Assembly: GCA_965197865.1 (NCBI GenBank)
Contig: CBDANZ010000004.1
Location: forward strand, 113,577-177,576
Direction of reading: 5' to 3'
From: Vicinamibacterales bacterium
Lineage (GTDB): Bacteria > Acidobacteriota > Vicinamibacteria > Vicinamibacterales > CAVVIG01
DNA length: 64,000 bases
In this document: positions 21,001-29,823 of the stretch, one piece after another
How the letters are laid out: every line of letters begins with the position of its first letter
How positions within the stretch are numbered: position 1 is the stretch's first letter
The notes under the pieces: model-generated
Database searches by the model: none
What the model was told of the DNA's origin: nothing
The model's input: the letters and a program-made list of their open reading frames with translations, nothing else
Made by a program: the position numbers and the translations under genes

Positions 21001-21728
21001 GCTACTGCCGCGCCGCTCGCTGCGCTCAGCCGCACGACGAATTTTGCCGTTTCGCCTTCGCGCACCGCCGGCGCATCGTCAATCGACAGCCCCGGGGGCT
21101 CATCGTCCCCGCCGCCACCGCCACCATTTCCGTCACCACCTCCGCCGCCACTGTCGATGATCCGTACCGTTACCGGAGCAATGCCGTGCAAGGAAGGGGG
21201 GCAATTGGTGTGCTCGTCCCACACCTCATGGGTGACGTTGACGGGCTCGCCGTCTGCGTCGCTGTCCTCCGTGGCATATATCGTGACGCTGCGCCACGGC
21301 GTCGGCCCGCTGCCGTTCTTATTGATCTCCCAGCCGACCGACGGCACCCACCAGATGCCCTTCTCCGCGAGCACGCCGTCGATGTAGACGGCTCCGTCGA
21401 CGTGCACCCGGACCCACCAGCCGCTGGCCTCCGGCTGCTTGTTGAGCCTCAGGTAGTACGTGGCCGATTGCTCTTTCCTGATGGGCAGATTCAGGCTGCG
21501 CACCCCATCGGTCGCGTCCATGCTCCTCGACAACTCCACTGTCCCTCCGGTCTCGGCCCAGTCGTCGATCGGGTAGGGGGTCTGGGCGTGGAGTGACGTG
21601 AGGGCCGTGTGCGACACCAGCGCAAGAGCAATGAGGGTGGAGATGACGAGATACCGCAGGCGGGATGGAGCGCCAGCCTCGCAGGGGGCGAGCACGGGAC
21701 CAGTCTGGCAGGTCGGCGCGCGGTCCAT
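18087..21728 (-). CDS. autotransporter-type outer membrane protein with five Calx-beta repeats
   Basis: ORF 18087..22025. The likely start is ATG 21728, before the signal-like RLRYLVISTLIALALVSHTALTSLHA. Five Calx-beta-type units (..VREGETAKFVVRLS..GTAAAGFDYVATEGTLRFDAGETNKTIAVPTLED..), a Gly-rich linker, and a C-terminal beta-barrel-like domain ending LLLLGTLQF. Confidence 0.8.
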   Translation of the reverse strand: MDRAPTCQTGPVLAPCEAGAPSRLRYLVISTLIALALVSHTALTSLHAQTPYPIDDWAETGGTVELSRSMDATDGVRSLNLPIRKEQSATYYLRLNKQPEASGWWVRVHVDGAVYIDGVLAEKGIWWVPSVGWEINKNGSGPTPWRSVTIYATEDSDADGEPVNVTHEVWDEHTNCPPSLHGIAPVTVRIIDSGGGGGDGNGGGGGGDDEPPGLSIDDAPAVREGETAKFVVRLSAASGAAVAVAYRTMDGTAAAGFDYVATEGTLRFDAGETNKTIAVPTLEDATAEETEGFTVQLRDPAGATVADGTATGTITDDDEPPGLSIDDAPAVREGETAKFVVRLSAASDKLVTVAYETRDGTAAAGFDYVATEGTLRFDAGETNKTIAVPTLEDATAEETEGFTVQLRDPAGATVADGTATGTITDDDEPPGLSIDDAPAVREGETAKFVVRLSAASDKLVTVAYETRDGTAAAGFDYVATEGTLRFDAGETNKTIAVPTLEDATAEETEGFTVQLRDPAGATVADETATGTITDDDEPPGLSIDDAPAVREGETAKFVVRLSAASDKLVTVAYETRDGTAAAGFDYVATEGTLRFDAGETNKTIAVPTLEDATAEETEGFTVQLRDPAGATVADETATGTITDDDEPPGLSIDDAPAVREGETAKFVVRLSAASGAAVAVAYRTMDGTAAAGFDYVATEGTLRFDAGETNKTIAVPTLEDATAEETEGFTVQLRDPAGATVADGTATGTITDDDERRIEVVNDVVLPEVGRALAFSAVRCRIDQVLSGSAPRGTSTELSAHLALSPEARSGQWAVPGVQSPTLVQAFDDSLFLMQSQEEEDGEGRFAAWWCADYQNLGGGGRGGGITWDGAVSSWHAGADARIGPGLLAGVSFSRSRGSFDYQGGGRNLDAGRGTYALGLVSIHPYLAWSVLPDLDVWGTVGHAWGDLRVVDAAAGNVLTSPATLDSGVVGVSGRLLTRGATTLRLRGEWALAQMNVARASTAFDAAPVDMQRLRMGAEVSYQHTLSSGASLIPWGEVGLRHDGGDGESGAGLELGGGLRHRNPEAGLTVEGHGRWLLIHRGTLREWGVGGLVRFAPKAGGRGQSVSLMPTWGDSASGVQQLWERGATDPHLHSAPGARLDAEFGYGFGALRDRSVLTPYGGLSLVGEAARGYRLGGRLVVGQSATVSLEAERRQHLAAARTHALLLLGTLQF
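19464..21098 (-). repeat. five head-to-tail 327-bp coding repeats (109 codons each)
   Basis: The string CTCATCGTCGTCGGTGATCGTTCCCGTTGCTGTC recurs at 19464, 19791, 20118, 20445 and 20772. Units are in frame and near-identical. Confidence 0.95.
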
Positions 21729-22088
21729 CCCCGCGCGTACGGGGGACACGTGACGACCCGACACGATCCATGTCGCAACCCCAGTCCATCCCCTCGCGGC
21801 CCAGGCCGACGGTTGGCTGCCAGGGAAGCGTCGAACGCACCGGACTGCGACCAGCGCCATGGTCCGCGTTGCGCCCAGTCGGCCGTGGTGCGGCGTCACC
21901 GAGCGCGACCAGGAAGTACAAAACCGGCGTGCATGGAGAAGTAGCCGCGCCTGACGGCTGCTGTGAAAACTACCGGTCGAGGTCATGTCCCCGGCTGCGC
22001 CTTGCGCCTTGAATAAGACTCTCAATTCGACCCTCCACGCGGTCCGGCCGGTCCCCGTCCTTCCGCTTTTTCTCAGCCTCGGGGTGGA

Positions 22089-22334
22089 TCATCGAAAAAG
22101 TTCTTCCAACTCGCTCGTAACACTGTTGGAGGCGTCGATCATTCTGTTGACGTTCTTCAAAAGTGAGTCGTAGGCGTCGGTCAAGGTCGTGACACGTACG
22201 CCCAACTCTCCGATCCATGTGGCGTGTTTCTCCTGCTCCTGCGTGTACTGCCCGGCCAACTGTCGCACGTGTTCGCCCAAGTTCGCGACCTGCCCGGCCG
22301 CGAGGCCGAATGGCTCGCCCTTGTCGCCTTGCAT
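22089..22334 (-). CDS. small coiled-coil hypothetical protein (81 aa), weak call
   Basis: ATG 22334 within ORF 22089..22469; AT-richer stretch; ..QEQEKHATWIGELGVRVTTLTDAYDSLLKNVNRMIDASNSVTSELEELFR. Confidence 0.25.
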   Translation of the reverse strand: MQGDKGEPFGLAAGQVANLGEHVRQLAGQYTQEQEKHATWIGELGVRVTTLTDAYDSLLKNVNRMIDASNSVTSELEELFR

Positions 22335-22390
22335 AGCGGCGCGTTTACGCGCGCGTGTACCGCACCCGGTTGCTTGGACACACGTTTGCG

Positions 22391-22897
22391 CTACGCGGCA
22401 TGGCGTAGCTCGTATTGCTCGCGCGCTTCGAGCGGCGTGCGATACGCCAGCTTTTCGAGGCGCCAGCACTGGTTGTAGCGTTCGACGAACTCGGCGACGG
22501 CCGCGCGCACGTCGGCGAGGTTTCGAAAGACCCGGCCGTAGACGGCTTGCTCCTTGAGCGTGCGATTCCAGCGCTCGACGACGCCGTTGGTTTCGGGTTC
22601 TTCAACGAAGCTGAAGCTGGGGTGGATGCCCCAGTACCGAATCTGATTGAGGAAGTGGTCCGACAGATACTGGCTGCCGTGATCCATCCGTAGCGCCAGC
22701 CCGCGGGCCACGTCCGCCTCGACCGAGCCGTAGTGTCGCCGGAGTCCTTGCGCGACCGGCTCGAGGGCCGCGAAACGGTTCCCCACCTTGCACACATGCC
22801 AGCCCACGCACTCGGCGTTCCAGTGGTCGACTACCGCGAAGGTCCAGACCCAGCCGTCCTCCGCCGTGAACACCCGCACGCCGTCGGTACCCCACAT
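22391..22897 (-). pseudogene. rve-domain transposase, C-terminal fragment
   Basis: DHGSQYLSDHF and NGVVERWNRTLKEQ. The N-terminal HTH part is missing. Confidence 0.75.
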
Positions 22898-23352
22898 GAC
22901 GTCGGGCGCCGAGGTGCCAATCGTCCCCTCGTGCGCTTGCCGAAATAACGCTCACAATATCATTACCAGAATCAGCAGTGCGATCGTTCAACGACGAACT
23001 GGCGCGGCTCACAAGCGGGGCACAATGAGGCCCAAAGAAGGCTCGGTAGCGCGTTGTCCGGAGCGTGACACGGGGGCTGCGCGACGGTCCGTGTACGAGG
23101 CGCGGTCTCGCGCGCGGGTACGGCGGCGCTGGCCGGCGTTGGTGCACGGCTCCTCAGCTTGGCGCCCGTGGGCGAGCGTCGAGGTCCTGGCCGTGTTGAG
23201 GGCCCGTGGCGCACGATCTCGCTATGAAGTCGAGGATTCAACCGAAGTACAAGACGAAATACCACGTCGGGAATTGGCCGGCATACGACCGAGCGCTGGT
23301 CCAGCGAGGCGACGTGACGCTGTGGCTGTCTGCCGACGCGCGGGACGCGTGG

Positions 23353-24681
23353 GAGCCTGTCAGTAATTTTGTGTTTGTGAGCCATGCTGACTCCCGAAAG
23401 GGGAAGGAGCGAGTATGGCGAAGGAGAAGCAAGAGACCAGGTTTAGCGCCGAGCTGCTGGATGAACTACTGGAGGGGCAAGACGCCGCGACGGTGTTGCG
23501 CTCCGACGGACTGGTAGGGGATCTGAAGAGGGCGTTGGCCGAACGGATGCTGAACGCCGAGATGGACGTGCATCTCGGTGGGGAGACCGAGCAGGACGGC
23601 GGCAACCATCGAAACGGCTCGAGCCGGAAGACGGTACTCAGCGACGACGGCGAGCTGGTGCTGTCGATTCCCCGAGACCGACACGGCCGCTTCGATCCCG
23701 CCCTGATCCGGAAGTATCAACGAAGATTTCCGGGGTTCGACGACAAGATCGTCGCGTTGTATGCCCGGGGGATGAGCACGCGCGACATCCAGGCGCATGT
23801 CGGCGAGCTCTACGGCATCGCGATTTCGCCGAACCTCGTTTCGGTGGTGACGGATTCGGTCATCGACGAAGTTCGAGCGTGGCAGGCGCGGCCGCTGGAG
23901 TCGACCTACGCGATCGTGTACTTCGATGCGCTGCGGGTCAAGATCCGTGACGAGGGCCTGGTACGCAACAAGGCCGTATACCTGGCCATCGGCGTGCGGT
24001 GTTCCGGGCACAAGGACATCCTCGGCCTGTGGATCGAGCAGACCGAAGGCGCCAAGTTCTGGCTGCGCGTGATGAACGACCTCAAGGCCCGCGGAGTGCA
24101 GGATATTCTGCTCGCCATCGTTGATGGGCTGCAGGGATTTCCCGACGCGATCACCGCCGTGTTCCCGGACACGATCGTGCAGACCTGCATCGTGCACCTG
24201 ATCCGGAATTCGATCCGCCTGGCGGCCTGGAAGGACCGCAAGCCCTTGGTTCAGGCTCTGAAGCCGGTCTACCAGGCCGACGATGCCGCGACGGCCGAAC
24301 AGGCGCTGGGCGCATTCGAAGGCGGCGAGTGGGGACGGCGTTTCCCGACCGTGGTCCAGAGCTGGCAGCGCCACTGGGACCGGATCATTCCGTTCTTCGC
24401 TTTCCCCGCGGCCGTGCGGAAGATCGTGTACACGACGAACGCGATCGAGAGCCTGCACAGCGGCGTGCGCAAGAGCATCCGGAACAAAGGGCATTTCCCG
24501 AGCGACGAGGCCGCCACGAAACTCATCTGGCTGGCCTTGCGCCATCTCACGGCGAAGTGGAAGAATCCCCCGGTCGCCTGGGCGGCGGCCAGGGTACAAT
24601 TCGCGATTCAGTTCGGCGATCGATTCAGGCTGGGGGACTAACTAACGGCAATAGCTCACACACAAAATTTCTGACACCCCC
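23353..24681 (+). mobile_element. IS256-family IS, copy 2 (1329 bp) with 8-bp target duplication
   Basis: IRs GAGCCTGTCAGTAATTTTGTGTTTGTGAGC and GCTCACACACAAAATTTCTGACACCCCC. Direct repeat ACGCGTGG at 23345..23352 and 24682..24689. Confidence 0.95.
23415..24641 (+). CDS. IS256-family (Mutator-type) transposase, 408 aa
   Basis: YARGMSTRDIQ, AIVYFDALRVKIRDEG, LAIVDGLQGFPDAI, CIVHLIRNS, TTNAIESLH. Confidence 0.95.
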   Translation: MAKEKQETRFSAELLDELLEGQDAATVLRSDGLVGDLKRALAERMLNAEMDVHLGGETEQDGGNHRNGSSRKTVLSDDGELVLSIPRDRHGRFDPALIRKYQRRFPGFDDKIVALYARGMSTRDIQAHVGELYGIAISPNLVSVVTDSVIDEVRAWQARPLESTYAIVYFDALRVKIRDEGLVRNKAVYLAIGVRCSGHKDILGLWIEQTEGAKFWLRVMNDLKARGVQDILLAIVDGLQGFPDAITAVFPDTIVQTCIVHLIRNSIRLAAWKDRKPLVQALKPVYQADDAATAEQALGAFEGGEWGRRFPTVVQSWQRHWDRIIPFFAFPAAVRKIVYTTNAIESLHSGVRKSIRNKGHFPSDEAATKLIWLALRHLTAKWKNPPVAWAAARVQFAIQFGDRFRLGD

Positions 24682-25559
24682 ACGCGTGGCGACCGTCGCC
24701 GTCTGGTCAACCGGGCGAGCAGCAGCGGTTCTCGGATCTCGCGATCAGCACCACGTTGACACTCCGACTTGTCTTCCGTCTGCCCTTGCGCCAAGCGGAG
24801 GGCTTTGTGCGGTCGGTCCTCGCCTCGATGGACGTCGATCTCGAGGCGCCCGACCACACCACACTTTCTCGCCGGAGTCGGTACCTGGCCGTCGGGCTGC
24901 ACCGCGTCCCGGTCAAGGGGCCGATTCATCTCCTCGTCGATAGCACGGGCCTCTCGATCGCCGGCGAAGGTGAGTGGGCCCCGGCCAAGCACGGCGGTCG
25001 CGGCCAGCGCGGCTGGAAGAAGCTCCATCTCGGCGTCGACAGGGCGGGTGTGATCGTGGCCCACACGTTGACCGAGGCGACGGTCGACGACGCGACGACC
25101 GGTGTCGGTTTGATCGAGGCGCTCCACGCCGACCTCGCACGCGTCACGGCCGACGCGGCCTACGACACGATCGCGTTCTACGCGGCGGCCACGGCCCGGG
25201 ACGCAATCGTCGTGGTCCCTCCGAACAAGGCGGCACGGGTGTCGCGACGGAGACCACGGTCGAGCGCTCGGGATCGCACGATCCGGAAGATGAAGCAGAT
25301 CGGGCGCCGTCGGTGGAAGGCGGAGGCTGGGTATTATCGGCAGGCCCGCGTGGAGAACGCCGTCTTCCGGTACAAGTCGATCATCGGGGATCGCCTTCGC
25401 GCCCGAGCTCCCGGAGGGCAACAAGCCGAGGTGCTCATCGCGTGCCACATCTTGAATCAGATGACCGACCTGGGAAGGCCAGACTCGTACGCCATCGGCC
25501 GATGAAAGTCCCCTGGGTCGGGATCGTTCTGGGTGGGGTTCGATTCATGCACCAACGCC

Positions 25560-25844
25560 ACGTGGTGCTGATCGCGAGATCCGAGAACCGCTGCTGCCCG
25601 CCCGGTTGACCAGACGGCGACGGTCGCCACGCGTCCCGCGCATCGGCAGACAGCCACAGCGTCACGTCGCCTCGCTGGACCAGCGCTCGGTCGTATGCCG
25701 GCCAATTCCCGACGTGGTATTTCGTCTTGTACTTCGGTTGAACCCTCGACTTCATAGCGAGATCGTGCGCCACGGGCCCTCAACACGGCCAGGACCTCGA
25801 CGCTCGCCCACGGGCGCCAAGCTGAGGAGCCGTGCACCAACGCC
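25560..25844 (-). mobile_element. partial IS5 copy (left IR plus codons 1-66), inverted, abutting the right IR of the disrupted copy
   Basis: Encodes MAHDLAMKSRVQPKYKTKYHVGNWPAYDRALVQRGDVTLWLSADARDAWRPSPSGQPGGQQRFSDLAISTT and ends with GGAGCCGTGCACCAACGCC at 25844. Confidence 0.85.
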
Positions 25845-26031
25845 TACTACATCGTCCATGTAAGTCCATAAAGTTTGTGTGAGCGTGTTGTGACTGAGCG
25901 GGCGCCTTTCACGTCCCGTACGTAACCTTTCGCCCGACGCGCGCTACCCTCCACTCTACCCCTGCGGCGCGGCGGCACCCATCCTGGTGCCTCGGCTGGC
26001 TTCGGCCCACCCCTTCGGCAGGAGTGGAGCA

Positions 26032-26180
26032 GTGAACGCGCAAGACCCCACCGAGCGCGCCGATGCGCGCATCTCCCAGCTGAGCGCGGCGATTCTCCGC
26101 ATCAGCCAGAGCCTCGAACTGGCTACCGTACTGAAGGAGGTCGTCGAGAGCGCCCGCGCGCCAACCGGCGCCCGCGCCGG
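26032..26180 (+). pseudogene. possible N-terminal scrap of a GAF-domain sensor protein
   Basis: GTG 26032 after an AGGAG. ..RISQLSAAILRISQSLELATVLKEVVESARAPTGARAG.. resembles the start of GAF domains. Similarity ends after ~50 codons. Confidence 0.25.
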
Positions 26181-26497
26181 CGTGGCGCGGCTTCAGCTGG
26201 GAGCGGAACGACGTGCGATGAAGAAATCTGGCGTGCGGAGAGGAGTGTTGGGTATAAGGGCTCTGATCCGGGCGGCCAAAATGGAAATTCCGGTATGGAG
26301 GTGTCCGAACCGCGCACGCCACGACTTCTTCCGCTCGTTTGTCAATGGCAACCGAAAACTGCACACTTCGGGGAGATACATCTCGGGCGGAGCGGACGTT
26401 CTCCCGTTGATGCCCGTCGGGCGTTTTGGGCTGGACGCAGGGAGCGGAGCGACCGGAGTCCTGGCCAAAACGCGCCGCGAAGCTGCGCAGCCGGCGG

Positions 26498-26908
26498 TCA
26501 CGTTGCGACTCCCTCACGCTGTTCGTCCGACGCTGTCCTGAGCCAGTGCTGATGCTCCCGCATCCGGTAGCTGTTGCCCCGGATGTTGACGATGTGGCAA
26601 TGGTGCAGCAGCCGGTCGATGAGCGCCGCCGCCATGATCTCGTCGCCGAGCACGTGTCCCCATTCCTCGAAGCCCTTGTTCGAGGTCAGCACCGTCGACG
26701 CCCGCTCGTGTCGGGCGTTGATCAGCTGGAAGAAGAGCACGGCGCCGTCTTGGCTGACCGGCAGGTAGCCGATCTCGTCGACGACGAGCAGCGCGGGATG
26801 CGTCAGCACGCGCAGCCGCCGGGACAGCTCACCCGCGGCCCTGGCGTCCATGAGCGAGTCGATCAGGCCTGCCAACGTCCCGTAGTAGACGCGTCGGCCG
26901 GCCTCGGC
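26498..26908 (-). pseudogene. istB: IS21-family helper ATPase IstB, C-terminal fragment
   Basis: ..LRVLTHPALLVVDEIGYLPVSQDGAVLFFQLINARHERASTVLTSNKGFEEWGHVLGDEIMAAALIDRLLHHCHIVNIRGNSYRM. The Walker A region is missing, cut at the MITE-like element. Confidence 0.85.
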
Positions 26909-27029
26909 GGGTATTGTCAAGTTAACGAAAAGCTCGTCGCTCGACCCCCAAGATACTGGGCTCCAGCCAGCCGTGAACCCGCCATGCTGGGCATCAAGAA
27001 CGGCCGTCGGCCTCAACTTGACAATACCC
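26909..27029. mobile_element. 121-bp MITE-like element with 15-bp perfect terminal IRs (IS6-related ends)
   Basis: GGGTATTGTCAAGTT (26909..26923) and AACTTGACAATACCC (27015..27029). No ORF. Compare the IS6 type B left IR GGTATTGTCAGGTTGAG. Confidence 0.6.
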
Positions 27030-27421
27030 CGAGGAGGTATACCTGTGACCAACCGCATACCCACGCCGCCTGATGCGCGGACGGTGATCGTCGGCGTTGA
27101 TACGCATAAGCACGTCCACGTCGCGGTGGCGATTGACAGCTGGGGGATCCGTCTCCGCGATCACGCGTTCGTTGTTGATTCGGGCGGCTACCAGGCGCTG
27201 ATCACGTGGGCCGAGACCCACGGGCGGATTGACGCGTTCGGCATCGAAGGCACCGGCAGCTATGGCGCCGGCCTGGCACGTGCGGTGCGCCGCGCGGTCC
27301 GTACTGGCGGGGCAGTCGACGGCCATCCCGAAGACCGCGGACGGTGCCGTCGAGATGATGCGCCAGCTGAAGATCACGCGGGACACCGCAGTGAAGGCGC
27401 GCACCACGGCGATGAACACGC

Positions 27422-28750
27422 GGGGGTGTCAGAAATTTTGTGTGTGAGCTATTGCCGTTAGTTAGTCCCCCAGCCTGAATCGATCGCCGAACTGAATCGC
27501 GAATTGTACCCTGGCCGCCGCCCAGGCGACCGGGGGATTCTTCCACTTCGCCGTGAGATGGCGCAAGGCCAGCCAGATGAGTTTCGTGGCGGCCTCGTCG
27601 CTCGGGAAATGCCCTTTGTTCCGGATGCTCTTGCGCACGCCGCTGTGCAGGCTCTCGATCGCGTTCGTCGTGTACACGATCTTCCGCACGGCCGCGGGGA
27701 AAGCGAAGAACGGAATGATCCGGTCCCAGTGGCGCTGCCAGCTCTGGACCACGGTCGGGAAACGCCGTCCCCACTTGCCGCCTCCGAATGCGCCCAGCGC
27801 CTGTTCGGCCGTCGCGGCATCGTCGGCCTGGTAGACCGGCTTCAGAGCCTGAACCAAGGGCTTGCGGTCCTTCCAGGCCGCCAGGCGGATCGAATTCCGG
27901 ATCAGGTGCACGATGCAGGTCTGCACGATCGTGTCCGGGAACACGGCGGTGATCGCGTCGGGAAATCCCTGCAGCCCATCAACGATGGCGAGCAGAATAT
28001 CCTGCACTCCGCGGGCCTTGAGGTCGTTCATCACGCGCAGCCAGAACTTGGCGCCTTCGGTCTGCTCGATCCACAGGCCGAGGATGTCCTTGTGCCCGGA
28101 ACACCGCACGCCGATGGCCAGGTATACGGCCTTGTTGCGTACCAGGCCCTCGTCACGGATCTTGACCCGCAGCGCATCGAAGTACACGATCGCGTAGGTC
28201 GACTCCAGCGGCCGCGCCTGCCACGCTCGAACTTCGTCGATGACCGAATCCGTCACCACCGAAACGAGGTTCGGCGAAATCGCGATGCCGTAGAGCTCGC
28301 CGACATGCGCCTGGATGTCGCGCGTGCTCATCCCCCGGGCATACAACGCGACGATCTTGTCGTCGAACCCCGGAAATCTTCGTTGATACTTCCGGATCAG
28401 GGCGGGATCGAAGCGGCCGTGTCGGTCTCGGGGAATCGACAGCACCAGCTCGCCGTCGTCGCTGAGTACCGTCTTCCGGCTCGAGCCGTTTCGATGGTTG
28501 CCGCCGTCCTGCTCGGTCTCCCCACCGAGATGCACGTCCATCTCGGCGTTCAGCATCCGTTCGGCCAACGCCCTCTTCAGATCCCCTACCAGTCCGTCGG
28601 AGCGCAACACCGTCGCGGCGTCTTGCCCCTCCAGTAGTTCATCCAGCAGCTCGGCGCTAAACCTGGTCTCTTGCTTCTCCTTCGCCATACTCGCTCCTTC
28701 CCCTTTCGGGAGTCAGCATGGCTCACAAACACAAAATTACTGACAGGCTC
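27422..28750 (-). mobile_element. IS256-family IS, copy 3 (1329 bp) with 8-bp target duplication
   Basis: Same ends as copy 2. Direct repeat GAACACGC at 27414..27421 and 28751..28758. Confidence 0.95.
27462..28688 (-). CDS. IS256-family transposase, 408 aa
   Basis: Differs from copies 2 and 4 at two residues (GAFGGGKWGRR versus GAFEGGEWGRR). Confidence 0.95.
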   Translation of the reverse strand: MAKEKQETRFSAELLDELLEGQDAATVLRSDGLVGDLKRALAERMLNAEMDVHLGGETEQDGGNHRNGSSRKTVLSDDGELVLSIPRDRHGRFDPALIRKYQRRFPGFDDKIVALYARGMSTRDIQAHVGELYGIAISPNLVSVVTDSVIDEVRAWQARPLESTYAIVYFDALRVKIRDEGLVRNKAVYLAIGVRCSGHKDILGLWIEQTEGAKFWLRVMNDLKARGVQDILLAIVDGLQGFPDAITAVFPDTIVQTCIVHLIRNSIRLAAWKDRKPLVQALKPVYQADDAATAEQALGAFGGGKWGRRFPTVVQSWQRHWDRIIPFFAFPAAVRKIVYTTNAIESLHSGVRKSIRNKGHFPSDEAATKLIWLALRHLTAKWKNPPVAWAAARVQFAIQFGDRFRLGD

Positions 28751-29823
28751 GAACACGCTGAAGCAGATCGTCGTGCACGCCCCACCGGCACTGCGAGAAG
28801 CCCTCCACGCCCTCACCGATCACGGCCTGCTCACGCGCTGCGCCGGACTCCGACCGGGCCCCATCGACACGCCCACCGCGTCCGCCAAGTACACCCTCCG
28901 GGCCCTCGCCCGCCGCTGGATGGCTCTCACCGAGGAAATGGCGATACACGACCAGCACCTCGCGCGCCTCACGACCGAAACATCACCGACCCTCCGTGAG
29001 GGCTTCGGTGTGGGCGCCCACACCGCGGCCGAACTGCTGATCGTCTTCGGCGACAATCCCGACCGGATTCGTTCGGAAGCCGCCTTCGCGAAGCTCTGCG
29101 GTGCGTGTCCGCTCCCGGCCTCGTCCGGGATGACCACCGGCCGGCACCGGCTCAATCGGGGCGGCCACCGCCAAGCCAACGCCGCCCTTTATCGCGCCGT
29201 CATCGTCCGCATGCGGTACCATCAGCCGACCGTTGATTACGTCGCACGCCGCACGGCGGACGGCCGAACCAAACGGGAGATCATCCGGTGCCTGAAACGT
29301 TTTCTCGCTCGCGAGATCTACCAGCGAGTCATGACCGATTTTCGCGCTCGCCAAGAGCTCATTCAGGCCGCCTGAACGCGTGTCTTGACATATAGGGGCG
29401 TCAGTACCCGCGGTTGTCATGTCTGGCGACGCCGACAACATTCCGTCAATTCGTCATATGAAGGGCCGGGGCAAGCATATTGCGGCCGTCGAATTCGTCA
29501 ACGGCTCGCCACCGGAGAGCACGGGACGGTCGTTCTCATCAAGACTCAAGGAGCATGCGAACTTCGTGATCCAAATCTACGAGACGGAGTTGCTGCGTCT
29601 CAAGATCGGCAACCGACCCAAGCCCAAAGCGCGACAGGCTGGCTAAACTTCGCTTGCAGCCGACGGCGGCCGCGGTGATCATGAGCCACCGCAGCTGAAG
29701 CGACGCGTTCGGCTGTTCGCCATGTTGCCCTGGTGGACTTCGTTGCGCATATAGCCGGATATCGCCTCGATAAAGCAGACACTTCTACCTAGCAGAGAAG
29801 ATGTCCCATGCCCGAGGCAGTCT

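Larger units (their letters stand above)
23135..25559 (+). mobile_element. IS5-family IS (1088-bp type) disrupted by IS256 copy 2
   Basis: Left IR GGCGTTGGTGCACGG at 23135; right IR ..CATGCACCAACGCC ending at 25559. The transposase is split into 23206..23352 and 24690..25505. After removing the IS256 and one TSD copy the length is 1088 bp, the same as the intact copy at 32122..33209. Confidence 0.9.
27045..29375 (+). pseudogene. IS110-family transposase disrupted by IS256 copy 3, with an internal frame change
   Basis: GAGGAGG RBS and GTG 27045. N-domain VIVGVDTHKHVHVAVAID..FGIEGTGSYGAGLA. There is a frame switch or short deletion near 27290. The gene is interrupted at 27421/27422 and resumes in frame at 28759 (AMNT|LKQIVVHAPPALREAL...HRLNRGGHRQANAALY) through to the stop at 29375. 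Confidence 0.85.

Noticed and set aside
19464-21098. Regular 327-bp periodic repeats considered as a possible CRISPR or satellite array. The 310-bp-offset repeat at 62358..62899 was considered likewise.
   Set aside because: The units are contiguous with no spacers, far longer than CRISPR repeats, and in frame within a long ORF encoding Calx-beta domains. The second case is a duplicated transposase 3' end.
23466-24599. 377-aa ORFs antisense to the IS256 transposase (also at 27504..28637 and 56719..57852). Similar long antisense ORFs occur inside qNOR (7239..8054), the acyl-CoA ligase (54536..55897), the PQQ dehydrogenase (52566..53405), the type 3 transposase (39757..40941) and the autotransporter.
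   Set aside because: These are typical shadow ORFs of GC-rich DNA. They mirror a strongly supported gene on the other strand, have Arg/Gly/Pro-biased low-complexity composition, and show no recognisable motifs.
25535-25559. tRNA-like string GGTTCGATTCATGCACCA in the IS5 right end (also at 32122..32150, inverted).
   Set aside because: Only a T-loop-like GGTTCGATTC is present. No acceptor, D or anticodon arms can be drawn, and the string is the terminal IR of the IS.
29419-29646. 75-aa ORF in the AT-richer spacer between the IS110 gene and the MOSC gene.
   Set aside because: There is no RBS, no recognisable motif, and the composition is not clearly coding. The region is better explained as IS110 3' non-coding DNA together with the inverted-repeat element.
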